This document shows positions 55,473 through 64,000 of a stretch of DNA of 64,000 nt, piece by piece. Location of the stretch: positions 5,630 through 69,629 of the forward strand of contig SICV01000004.1 of NCBI GenBank assembly GCA_009694725.1, read 5' to 3'. This stretch comes from Candidatus Pacearchaeota archaeon. GTDB lineage: Archaea; Nanobdellota; Nanobdellia; Pacearchaeales; GW2011-AR1. Every line of letters begins with the position of its first letter. Position 1 is the stretch's first letter. The translations under genes were made by a program, and so were the position numbers. A model generated the notes under the pieces. It saw only the letters and a program-made list of their open reading frames with translations, had not been told where the DNA came from and searched no databases.

Positions 55473-55763
55473 TTACTTAGGTCTCCCTTCACTACCTCGA
55501 ATTCTTCGAGCTTCAATTTCAGTTTCACGCAACGTAATCAAGTCCCCAATACGAATAGTCCCTTTCACATTACGTCGCAACGTACGATCCCTATTTTTAC
55601 CACCTAAAATCTTAACTTTAACCTGCGTAACTTCACCACGCGTACCTGTTCTACCCACAAATTCTTCAATAATAGCATTAACAGGTTCTTCGGTAATAAG
55701 CGTGCGAGTAGTTTTTTCAGAAGATTGCGTATTGTCTTTTATTTTTTGATTACTGCCTGCCAT
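55473..55763 (-). CDS. rps28e: 30S ribosomal protein S28e (eS28) with a ~25-aa N-terminal extension
   Basis: [17 protein letters not shown]...RNVKG.IRIGD...LRETE.EAR. Confidence 0.93.
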   Translation of the reverse strand: MAGSNQKIKDNTQSSEKTTRTLITEEPVNAIIEEFVGRTGTRGEVTQVKVKILGGKNRDRTLRRNVKGTIRIGDLITLRETEIEARRIRGSEGRPK

Positions 55764-55768
55764 GTTCC

Positions 55769-56071
55769 TTACGCTTTAAGGGAAGCAAGCTCCTTCTTTG
55801 CTTCGCCAGCATCAATAACCGCGACAGCAGAGGCAGGTACTTTGATACCTACAGAAATACCTAATTTTTGCTTAGAATCAACGCCAACACACGGAATACC
55901 TTTCTGTTTACAAAGAGCTTCAAGATGTGCAACAATTTCCTTAGGCTCAACGTCTTGAGCATACACTACCAACTTAGCTACTCCGCGTTCTACCGCTTTC
56001 GTAACTTCATTCGTTCCTTTGTCAAGCTTGCCCGTCTTCTTGACTTTATCGAGTAGTGTGTAGTAATCCAT
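55769..56071 (-). CDS. rpl7ae: 50S ribosomal protein L7Ae (eL8), short form (100 aa)
   Basis: [47 protein letters not shown]. Confidence 0.93.
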   Translation of the reverse strand: MDYYTLLDKVKKTGKLDKGTNEVTKAVERGVAKLVVYAQDVEPKEIVAHLEALCKQKGIPCVGVDSKQKLGISVGIKVPASAVAVIDAGEAKKELASLKA

Positions 56072-56110
56072 AGTGCTTCAGTATGATGAACTTCATCAGC
56101 TTATCATCAC
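56072..56110 (-). promoter_or_regulatory. L7Ae 5' UTR region packed with box C/D-like words (candidate L7Ae-binding autoregulatory element)
   Basis: Minus strand: GUGAUGA-UAAG-CUGAUGA-AGUUCAUCAUA-CUGA-AGCACU-AUG. There is a perfect 6-bp hairpin UGAUGA/UCAUCA. The TATA box (plus-strand 56124-56131) is 60 nt from the ATG, so this gene has a ~31-nt UTR, unlike its neighbours. Confidence 0.4.
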
Positions 56111-56143
56111 TCTCAAAATCTGGTTTATAAATGTTTGTCTTAC

Positions 56144-57112
56144 TTATTTCCACTTCACACTAACCTGATCAGTCCGTTGACGAGGTGCAATGTCCAGGGC
56201 ATCGAGTGAAATAAACAACTTTTTCTTGTAAAGAAGCTCACCAGTATACGCGATCATCGCACCATTATCCACAAGTAATGGTTTTCCCGGACAGAAAAGC
56301 GCCACGCCCCTCGCTGTACACATCAAACGACACATCTCTTGCAACCGAGCATTACACGCAACCCCTCCCCCCAGCACCAATTCTTTCTTTCCCGTATGTG
56401 CAAGCGCACGTTCACTCGCCTCAACCAACATCGCAAACGCAGTTTCTTGCACCGAACACGCCACATCCTCAGGACTCATGCCTTTATCGCGTAATTGTAA
56501 GGCTTGATTCTGTAATCCTGAAAATGATACATCCATTCCCTTGAGTGAATACTTCAATTCGTGATACATCCCCTTGAGTGCAAGCTTTTCAAGCTCAGGC
56601 CCACCCGGAAACGGAAAACCCATTGCCCGAGCAATTTTATCTAAGCAATTCCCAATGCCCACATCTAACGTCTCTCCAAAAATACGATACCGTTGCCCCG
56701 CATACGCAATGATTTGGGTATTGGCGCCCGAAGCATACAACAACACCGGATCCTTCGCTCCCAATGACTGCCCAATCTCAAGATGTGCAATGGAGTGATG
56801 GACAGGAATCACCGGCATACCCAACAGCTTTGCTTTCGCCTTCACAAAGTGCATCCCCGCAAGCAGGCAGGGCGCAAGTCCGGGAGCATAGGAAAATGCA
56901 ATTCCCTTAATCTCTTTCTCAGTAATCTTTGCATCACGCAATGCTTGATTCCAAAGCTTCTCAGCAACAGCAGTATGATGCTTCCCTGCATCAATTGGAA
57001 TAATCCCTCCAATAGCCGGATGATACATGTCACGCACATTAGCAAGTACCTTGCCTTTATGGCATACTCCTACCCCAAACGTATGGGCTGTTGATTCAAC
57101 GCCGATAATCAT
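56144..57112 (-). CDS. kae1: tRNA N6-adenosine threonylcarbamoyltransferase Kae1 (not fused to Bud32)
   Basis: IIGVESTAHTFGVGV, VHHSIAHLE, and the ASKHA-fold C-terminal GGVACN and DNGAMIA motifs. Confidence 0.95.
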   Translation of the reverse strand: MIIGVESTAHTFGVGVCHKGKVLANVRDMYHPAIGGIIPIDAGKHHTAVAEKLWNQALRDAKITEKEIKGIAFSYAPGLAPCLLAGMHFVKAKAKLLGMPVIPVHHSIAHLEIGQSLGAKDPVLLYASGANTQIIAYAGQRYRIFGETLDVGIGNCLDKIARAMGFPFPGGPELEKLALKGMYHELKYSLKGMDVSFSGLQNQALQLRDKGMSPEDVACSVQETAFAMLVEASERALAHTGKKELVLGGGVACNARLQEMCRLMCTARGVALFCPGKPLLVDNGAMIAYTGELLYKKKLFISLDALDIAPRQRTDQVSVKWK

Positions 57113-57259
57113 CTTTTCAAGAGTTAAAATGAATTTATAAGAGTGTCTCTCAAAAAAACTAAACGGTTGAACTCTGTATCAAAAGTACATCAGATAATAG
57201 AATTAAAATAAAGAAAAAGAAAAAGAAAAAAATGTTCGCATATCTCAGGTGAAAAAGAA

Positions 57260-57382
57260 TTACTTCTTTTTCTTTCTGCCACCGCGAGCCATTTTAGCTT
57301 CACACACGTTGCCTTTTCCATCAATATAGTAAAGGAAGCCTGGCTTTCGCTTGACTGCATTCTTAACAAGAATAGTTCCCAT
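57260..57382 (-). CDS. micro-ORF, 40 aa, basic (MGTILVKNAVKRKPGFLYYIDGKGNVCEAKMARGGRKKKKK)
   Basis: Strong SD (AAAGGAGGT) 7 nt upstream of the ATG. The LYYIDGKGNV hairpin-like core is followed by a K-rich tail. Too short for the ORF track. Confidence 0.5.
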   Translation of the reverse strand: MGTILVKNAVKRKPGFLYYIDGKGNVCEAKMARGGRKKKK

Positions 57383-57442
57383 TGCTGTACCTCCTTTTAA
57401 CTGTCGACATAACGTCTCAAAGGTTATAATAGAAAACACTAT

Positions 57443-57808
57443 TTAAATGTTTGTTCTTCTCGACGATAAAATAAAATTAAATCTACGTTTTCCGACGAGA
57501 AATGCCCCAATTTTTTGATATTTTCTATGCACTGGAATCTCAAAAAGACCCGTTGTCCCGACGGGAGGACTAATTCGAAACGTAAATGGAAACACAACAT
57601 CTGTACGAATGATCTGATTGTGATGATCGATCCAAGCTGCAAAAAAAGGATAAAACACAAAAAAAGAATGAATCGATAAGGGAAACCGCATACGAAAATA
57701 TAAAGGTTGATGCAAAGATCGAGTACACATAAGTCCGCGTAGCAGGTGAAGTCCTGAAACAACCTGAACCGATACTCTGCATTGTTTCATTCCCTTTAAT
57801 AGATACAT
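57443..57808 (-). CDS. hypothetical protein, 121 aa, start overlapping the stop of the giant gene (TAATG)
   Basis: The start/stop overlap suggests coupling. No competing plus-strand ORF. The sequence is hydrophobic/aromatic with no motif recognised. Confidence 0.35.
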   Translation of the reverse strand: MYLLKGMKQCRVSVQVVSGLHLLRGLMCTRSLHQPLYFRMRFPLSIHSFFVFYPFFAAWIDHHNQIIRTDVVFPFTFRISPPVGTTGLFEIPVHRKYQKIGAFLVGKRRFNFILSSRRTNI

Positions 57809-60800
57809 TATATCGCTCCAAGGGGTAAAGAGGGGCGATTAAGAGAGGAGGAGGGCGCATTTTGAGCAGTGCGAGAGACCACGAAAAGCAAAAGACCAAC
57901 TAACGCAATAGCAATAGAAAGCCCTGCAATTAATAACATACGAAGATAGATAACCGATCGTTCAATAATACTAAATTTAACTGCACTTGTTGCAGTACTT
58001 TGCCCATAAGTCATTTTCGCAGATAATAAATATTCACCGGGAAGTAAAGAGTTTGGTAAGAAAATATCTGAGGTGTGTTTTTGTTTTTTGTCAACGGCAA
58101 AAGTATCTTCATAGATTTTTTCCTTCTCTCCCCCAAACGGCTGGACAAAATATTCAAGAACAACATCTGCCTGTTTAGTATCACCAACATTTAACAAATC
58201 AAGTAATATTTCAAGTCTTCCTGCTTGTACTACTAAAAATTTCTCCAAAGAAAGAGACATATCAAACAAAGCTTGAGGTTCTTTTACCATAACAATAAGG
58301 GGTAAAAGTTTAGTCAAGCCGTTTGCAGTTGCAACTAATGAAAGAGCATAGACATCAAGTGCAGTTTCATCTGAAGTAAGCACCGTTAAATTAATCTGTT
58401 CGATTGCTCCTGCAGCAAGCGTAAAAGAAGGATTCAAAATACTAATGGGAGGTTTAGAACCGTTAATAGTCAAAGAGACTGCAAGTTCTGTATTCCCCGT
58501 GTTCTTAAGAAGGACCGTTTGAAAAGAACGTTGTCCACGTTTCACTATCAAATCAAGTTGTTTCTTATCAAATGAAAGAGACAATGAGGATACCGAAGGG
58601 GTGGCTGTAGGCGCTACCGAACCTGAACTGCCTCCCCCGCTACGCGTACGAGTCCCAGCCAAACTGGTTAATGAAACACTAAAAGAAACTGGCGAGGCAG
58701 AATAATTAACATTTCCCGCACTATCATTAGCATAAGCCTTAAACGTATAGCTCCCACTTACAATAGTGCCATTCGAGTCCGTAAATCCGGTCCCACTTCC
58801 ATTCCGAGTCATAGTATAATTAGTAAGCCCCCCATTTAACGTATACCACGCCGTGCCATTTTCATTTAAACTGACATTGAAACGAACGGGAAGTGAAGTA
58901 TATGATGTAGCAGTAGGGAGAATAATAGTTACAATCGGACTGACCCTCTCAACAGTGAACGTAACCTGGGAAGTGCCATTGTAATTTCCAAGTGTATCAT
59001 TCGCATAAGCCTTAAACGTATAACTTCCGTCAGCAATGCTGGTATTCGTTGCATTAAACATCGTCCCAAAATCAAGCGTTTCATTGCCACTCATTGTATA
59101 ATTAACGAGTCCATTTGTCAAGCTATACCACACCGTGCCATTTTCATTTAAACTGACATTGAAATATAAAATACTGTTATAACTAATATTAGACGGACGA
59201 ACAATCGTAACAAGGGGGGCAACAATGTCAGGAGAAGCAAGACTAAAGGTGATGTTAAGAGTAGTATTCATATTACCTACACTATCATTCGCATAAGCTC
59301 TAAATACATATTGGCCGTTTGCAAGCGAACCATTCGTTGCATTGAAACCCGTGCGACTTGCATTCGCAGTCATTGTTTTATTTGTCACGCCTCCATTCAA
59401 CGAATACCACGCCGTTCCATTCTCGCTCAAAGAGATGTTGAAGTACAAGGGCAACGTACTGTATGTTGTATTCTGCGGAAAATTAATAATAATCGCAGGC
59501 GGATCAATAATTTGATCAATGACAAGAGGGTCGCCAGAGATAATCAAGTCAAACATTGCTTGCGGATGCGTAAGGCCTGAAAGAAGCACGCGATATTTAC
59601 GATCTGAAGTAATAGAATCAAAAGAAGCAACATGCTCTCCCGTTGAAGTATCTAAAACCCATACAGAAGTAGTGCCCAAACTATAGGCAAAGAGCGTAAT
59701 ATCATTTACAGCAGTCAAATTTTCTTCAAAGGTAACCCGCACAATATGTTCGGGAGCAAGAGGAGAAGTATACTGCCCATCACGTGCAAAAACTTGAGAA
59801 GTGATATCTTCAAGAAACGTACCATTCGAAGAATAATGTCCTGCAAAAGACACATAAATAAGATGAAATGTTTGATTCGACAAATGAGGAACCACCCATT
59901 CAATATAATCCGTCTTCCCATTAAAGTTAAGATCATATGCATCAAACGGTACAACTCGTATCCTTGCAGTTCTCTGCACAAGAGAATCTTCTAAAATTGT
60001 ATCTTCCAAAAGCGTACTGTTTAAAACATCTTCAACCTGTTTTAACTGGCTGGGTACTACTGAATAATCTTCCCAATACAAAACCGGCGTTCCTTCCCGC
60101 TCTTCATCAAGGTGAGTAGAAGCAATCACATCCGTATACTCCAACGTTTCGGGGCCTGAAATAACAATCTGTGTACCTTCAGCAGTACTCTGTTCAATAG
60201 CCTGAGGAGCCGGAGTCGTATACGTGACAATAAATGAAGAAGGAGCAGTACTCATTAATTCGACAGTAGGCGCAACAGCATCTTCTGCTATCACATTACC
60301 GGTAATTCCACGACTCACAAATTCGCCTAACGTTTCAACAACTGTTTGTTCATCAACGAGAATGTCCCCTGTTGCTTGTACAACAACCGCTGCACCGGTC
60401 ACTACTTCATCAACGGTTCCCCCTCGTTCCTGAACAAGAACAATTTTTGCTTCAATCGGTAAATCAAGCGTTACCATTCCAGCTTCTGCAAGAGAAACAT
60501 TCAAAGTCCAAAGTACTGGTTCTCCCACCACAATACGTTCACGAGCGGTTGTAATTGAAACCACACCTGATGAAACCAACACGGTAAATGCTTCTTCAGT
60601 AACTCCCCCATCTCCTCCAGTCATACGTACCAATCCTTGCGCAACACCACTAAACGATTCAGGAATATGAAAAGACAAGACACTTCCTTCCAATGTTCCT
60701 TCTAAAGAACTCGATAAAAAGGCAACTTCATGAATGCCTGCAAAATAATCAGTAAGCGATAGAGTCACTATATCTCCAGGCAATGCACGATACACAGGAA

Positions 60801-61830
60801 ATTCCTGAAGCTGTAGAAGGGGAGCATTTCCAAAATCTAATGAAGTAACTTCAGAAACAAACGTCTGTCCTTCAGAAACAAGCGTTACACCAAGTAACCC
60901 TGATTGTAACATAAGATGAAAGGCACTTAAATTCAAGGAAAAAGTTCTATCCGTACCCTGTGAGTAGTCAGTTCCATATCCTGTTTCGATAAAGAAAGAA
61001 TCTGCACGTAACGCAACTCCCTGTTCTGTTTCGGTCAAAGAGAGCGTATCATCGGAAAGAGTTTCTTCACCATACTGCACACTTCCCATAACAAGTTCAA
61101 ATAAATCTCCTTCTCCGAGAACAAAGATAAAGGGTTGAGAAGCAGAAACAACGCCATCAAACGTCTCTTCAGAAGCAATAACCTGTCCCGTAATAAACGA
61201 ATCTTCCGAATCTGAAGGTGCCTCAATTTCAGGCAAATGTACAAGTGCTTCATCGTGTTCGGCTACCTCACTACTCTCGTCTGCCCGAACTTCTTCTGTT
61301 GCAAAGGTGTTTCCTTCAAGAATCTCCTCTTCTCTAATCCCCACAACTTCTTCCTCAGAAACACGTTCAGAGGTACTTTCTTCAGTACTCTCAACACGAT
61401 GCAATCGATACTGAAACGTAATCTCCCCTCCCCGAGTACCTAAATTTCCATAATCCGTTCCAAGTAAAACAGAAGAAAGAGGTAAAGAGCGGGAGGCATT
61501 ACCTAAAACAAGGGTAACTTCGGCATGTTCTAGAAGTACCTGTCCTGGTTGTAATTCAAACGAAAACAAACCTTCTAAAGGGACCCCTTGTGTAACAGTC
61601 GTTACTTCAAAAACAGCATACTGGGTAGTATAATTACCTAAACTGGCAAGAATCAAAAATAAAAGGACTATCCCCCCAAACAAAATAGGCATAGTATGCA
61701 CATGCGGACCAAAAGAAGATGTTGTCCTACCGACATACGAAGTCACTACCTTCCCCCCAACTCGATGATTCTCATACAAATAGGGCCCATACTTCTTCCC
61801 ATTACGGTAAATAAATTTCTCGTGCACCAC
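57808..61830 (-). CDS. giant (1340 aa) membrane-anchored, sequon-rich surface protein with three tandem ~93-aa Ig-like repeats
   Basis: TM near the N-terminus (ILFGGIVLLFLILASLG) and a C-terminal TM (LLIAGLSIAIALVGLLLFVV). An acidic region is followed by three repeats (NxSLNENGTAWYxLNGG...GSYTFKAYANDxxGN). GTG start is uncertain; M46 is an alternative. Confidence 0.88.
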   Translation of the reverse strand: MVHEKFIYRNGKKYGPYLYENHRVGGKVVTSYVGRTTSSFGPHVHTMPILFGGIVLLFLILASLGNYTTQYAVFEVTTVTQGVPLEGLFSFELQPGQVLLEHAEVTLVLGNASRSLPLSSVLLGTDYGNLGTRGGEITFQYRLHRVESTEESTSERVSEEEVVGIREEEILEGNTFATEEVRADESSEVAEHDEALVHLPEIEAPSDSEDSFITGQVIASEETFDGVVSASQPFIFVLGEGDLFELVMGSVQYGEETLSDDTLSLTETEQGVALRADSFFIETGYGTDYSQGTDRTFSLNLSAFHLMLQSGLLGVTLVSEGQTFVSEVTSLDFGNAPLLQLQEFPVYRALPGDIVTLSLTDYFAGIHEVAFLSSSLEGTLEGSVLSFHIPESFSGVAQGLVRMTGGDGGVTEEAFTVLVSSGVVSITTARERIVVGEPVLWTLNVSLAEAGMVTLDLPIEAKIVLVQERGGTVDEVVTGAAVVVQATGDILVDEQTVVETLGEFVSRGITGNVIAEDAVAPTVELMSTAPSSFIVTYTTPAPQAIEQSTAEGTQIVISGPETLEYTDVIASTHLDEEREGTPVLYWEDYSVVPSQLKQVEDVLNSTLLEDTILEDSLVQRTARIRVVPFDAYDLNFNGKTDYIEWVVPHLSNQTFHLIYVSFAGHYSSNGTFLEDITSQVFARDGQYTSPLAPEHIVRVTFEENLTAVNDITLFAYSLGTTSVWVLDTSTGEHVASFDSITSDRKYRVLLSGLTHPQAMFDLIISGDPLVIDQIIDPPAIIINFPQNTTYSTLPLYFNISLSENGTAWYSLNGGVTNKTMTANASRTGFNATNGSLANGQYVFRAYANDSVGNMNTTLNITFSLASPDIVAPLVTIVRPSNISYNSILYFNVSLNENGTVWYSLTNGLVNYTMSGNETLDFGTMFNATNTSIADGSYTFKAYANDTLGNYNGTSQVTFTVERVSPIVTIILPTATSYTSLPVRFNVSLNENGTAWYTLNGGLTNYTMTRNGSGTGFTDSNGTIVSGSYTFKAYANDSAGNVNYSASPVSFSVSLTSLAGTRTRSGGGSSGSVAPTATPSVSSLSLSFDKKQLDLIVKRGQRSFQTVLLKNTGNTELAVSLTINGSKPPISILNPSFTLAAGAIEQINLTVLTSDETALDVYALSLVATANGLTKLLPLIVMVKEPQALFDMSLSLEKFLVVQAGRLEILLDLLNVGDTKQADVVLEYFVQPFGGEKEKIYEDTFAVDKKQKHTSDIFLPNSLLPGEYLLSAKMTYGQSTATSAVKFSIIERSVIYLRMLLIAGLSIAIALVGLLLFVVSRTAQNAPSSSLNRPSLPLGAI
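58663..59502 (-). repeat. three tandem ~280-nt coding repeats (Ig-like domain triplication)
   Basis: Repeat starts on the minus strand at 59502 (PPAIIINFP), 59220 (APLVTIVRP) and 58941 (SPIVTIILP). The end coordinate is approximate. Confidence 0.8.
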
Positions 61831-61923
61831 TTTTGTAGGATAAACCTCTCCAGAAAGAGTAAAGAATGCTATATAAGGGTTTTGTGCAGGTTACAGACGA
61901 TAAAAAAGAGTTACCCTACATCA

Positions 61924-63957
61924 TTAATGAAATAATTTTCGTGCTTGAGCAAGTACCTGCTTCTCAAGAAGAGCTTTTTTTGTATCCAATTGTGCCTGCT
62001 TACGAGCAAGTGCAGCGCGAAGATGTTCTGCATAGTCCCGTTCAAGAGTAGATCGAATCTGTCCTTCACGTACAGCAACTTGACGAGCAACCTGTTTAGA
62101 TACATGTTGATACATACGAATAACACGCTCACGCAATTCCTGATGCATACGTACACGTTCACTCGCTAACCTCTGAGTATACGCTAATGTATCCTGTGCT
62201 CGTTGTTGAGTTACTTTGGTATGCAACGCTTTCTCTGCCTGCGTTTGTACTGTGCGTTCATGCGCTACTAATGCAACAAAACGTTGCTGTAATGCCTTTT
62301 TCTCATGGCCTACCGATGTCTGTACACTACGTTCATGTTCCTTCAATCCTTGTTCTCGCCGTTGTACCATGCTTAATGCTTGTTTCAGTTGCTTCTGATG
62401 ATGAACCAAAGAAGAACGTAAAGCCACTAATTTTTGATGAGCCGCTACCTGAGCCTTCACACGTACACGACGATACTGCAGAGCATATTTCTCACGAGCT
62501 TTCGCTTCTCCAGCTCGTAACGTCTCACGCGTTGAAGCTTCATGTTCCTGCAAATGACGAGTAACTATCTCTAATTCTCCCTTCAAGCTCGTAACTATAT
62601 GCTCTCCTCGAGCTCGTTCACCAGCAATAACGACTGCTAATTGACGTTCTCTAATTGCAACCTCTTTCTCTTTCTGATGCAAAAGGGCTCGTTTCTTACG
62701 CACAGAAGCCAACAAAGTGACTTTCTTAGCCACATAGTTCTGCTGCGTCTTATCTTGTAAATGACGTTCTTGTTCTTGTAAACGCTCAAATGATTGTTGG
62801 AAAACTGCCCGTTCATGTGCAAGATGGACTTTCGTATGCTCTTCTTGCTGACGCAAAGCTTGTTCACGGGCATGAAGTGTAGCTAAATGTGTCGAAATAT
62901 GCGCCTGTTGCAATGCCAATGTATGACGTACAGCGTCTGCCTCTCCCACTAACTGATCCTTTGCCGCTTTTATGTGTGCATGTGCGTAATGCTGCGCCTT
63001 ACGTTCTGCTTCATGCCTACATGCCACCAATCGTTGTTCTTCTTGTTTGAGATGATTTTTTTCTTGAGAAACTCTTCGTGTACATTCTTCCTGTCCCTTA
63101 TGTAACAATGATGCCTGTTGTTCGATACGCCGCATACGGTCAGTCAAACGAGCACGTTGGGTAGCAATCCCTTCTTTTTCATGTGCAAGTGTCCGCTGAT
63201 GATCACTAATCAAAACTTGTTCTTTCTGAGCATATGTTTCCTCAAGTTTCGCAAGCAATTGTTTACGTTCACGTGCAAGGTGTTCAGCTTGTTCTTTCAA
63301 AAGCAAAGCAACCAATTTAGTCCGTTCATGAGCAATACGTTTCTGCAGTTCTTGAGCCAAATGGTGCTTCACTTCAGCATGCATTGCTTGTTCAAGTTGT
63401 CGACGATACTTTTGCTCTAATTCTTGTACCAAGGTTTGATACCTTTGAGCGAATAACTCTTCTCGAGAACTCAAATCCGCTTGCATTTGTGCAGTCATAC
63501 TTCCTTCTTTTTCATGCAATCGCTCACTCAATTCACCTTTAATACGAGAAACAAACTCATCAAACGTAGAATCAACCAATACACCCACCCCTGAATCAAT
63601 TTTAATTTCTTTCCCTCGCAGATGTGCCTGCACTTGTGAACGTAATTGTAATAATTGCTTCTCAAGTCGAGGCAATTCTTTCAATGCCGAAGCATCAGTC
63701 TTAGAAAGGACACGTTTCTGTTTAACTAATCCTTCTATATCAGCAACACGTCGCTTCAAAGAACTAACAATCGTAGAACCTATTACTTTTTGCTGAGACA
63801 TGTGCGCATGTCGTTCAATCTTAGCCCGAAGCTCACGAAGTGAACGTTCAATAAAAGGAATGGCAGTAATATCTTTCAAACGTACTTTGATACGTGCAAC
63901 ATCGGATTCAAATCCATCAGTAGGCAATAACGCTAATTCATGGCGTAATTGCTCCAA
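61924..63957 (-). CDS. long coiled-coil protein rich in Q/E/R/H/A (~677 aa), start uncertain
   Basis: Continuous heptad-like sequence with recurring HE(R/K) words (IAHERTK, LAHEKEG, LAHERAV, VAHERTV, VGHEKKA). The track start is TTG. An in-frame stop at 63997-63999 bounds the N-terminus. Confidence 0.7.
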   Translation of the reverse strand: MEQLRHELALLPTDGFESDVARIKVRLKDITAIPFIERSLRELRAKIERHAHMSQQKVIGSTIVSSLKRRVADIEGLVKQKRVLSKTDASALKELPRLEKQLLQLRSQVQAHLRGKEIKIDSGVGVLVDSTFDEFVSRIKGELSERLHEKEGSMTAQMQADLSSREELFAQRYQTLVQELEQKYRRQLEQAMHAEVKHHLAQELQKRIAHERTKLVALLLKEQAEHLARERKQLLAKLEETYAQKEQVLISDHQRTLAHEKEGIATQRARLTDRMRRIEQQASLLHKGQEECTRRVSQEKNHLKQEEQRLVACRHEAERKAQHYAHAHIKAAKDQLVGEADAVRHTLALQQAHISTHLATLHAREQALRQQEEHTKVHLAHERAVFQQSFERLQEQERHLQDKTQQNYVAKKVTLLASVRKKRALLHQKEKEVAIRERQLAVVIAGERARGEHIVTSLKGELEIVTRHLQEHEASTRETLRAGEAKAREKYALQYRRVRVKAQVAAHQKLVALRSSLVHHQKQLKQALSMVQRREQGLKEHERSVQTSVGHEKKALQQRFVALVAHERTVQTQAEKALHTKVTQQRAQDTLAYTQRLASERVRMHQELRERVIRMYQHVSKQVARQVAVREGQIRSTLERDYAEHLRAALARKQAQLDTKKALLEKQVLAQARKLFH

Positions 63958-64000
63958 ACGAGCAACATGTGCTGCAAAGGTATCAAACTCCTTCTTTATT

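Overview
Archaeal chromosomal segment, probably from a small-genome DPANN-type archaeon (lineage is inference). Archaeal markers: r-proteins L10e and L35Ae, the L7Ae-S28e-L24e operon, Kae1, RtcB plus archease, a tRNA with a bulge-helix-bulge intron, and TATA-box promoters. Bacterial-type modules are also present: grpE-dnaK-dnaJ, gyrB-gyrA, a short G6PD and MsrB. I call about 65 protein genes on both strands and four tRNAs: Val-UAC, Gly-GCC, Asp-GUC, and Tyr-GUA with a ~170-nt intron. There is no rRNA and no CRISPR array. Accessory content includes two giant surface proteins rich in N-glycosylation sequons (1877 and 1340 aa), several secreted or membrane proteins, and a secreted metzincin cluster. 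It also includes two Pol-beta nucleotidyltransferase paralogs, orphan AbrB-like and PIN genes, a lone Pycsar-effector-like TM protein, an extra J-domain protein plus RHH gene beside the dnaK operon, and a transposase remnant beside tRNA-Asp. The strongest unexplained signals are non-coding. (1) tRNA-Tyr has a long intron, and its ~140-nt leader repeats an intron module carrying a reiterated GCAUCAC word. (2) A ~15-nt intergenic motif, ACGTACATCAGATAC, recurs at least 10 times, almost always on the plus strand, with a clustered array at 49.8 kb. (3) Promoter geometry is very regular: the TATA box starts 28-32 nt before the ATG, implying leaderless mRNAs. This includes four divergent gene pairs that share one central palindromic TATA box, and three tRNAs whose TATA spacing implies near-leaderless transcription. 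(4) Box C/D-like words sit in the unusual 5' UTR of the L7Ae gene. All function calls come from motif recognition by eye; no searches were run.
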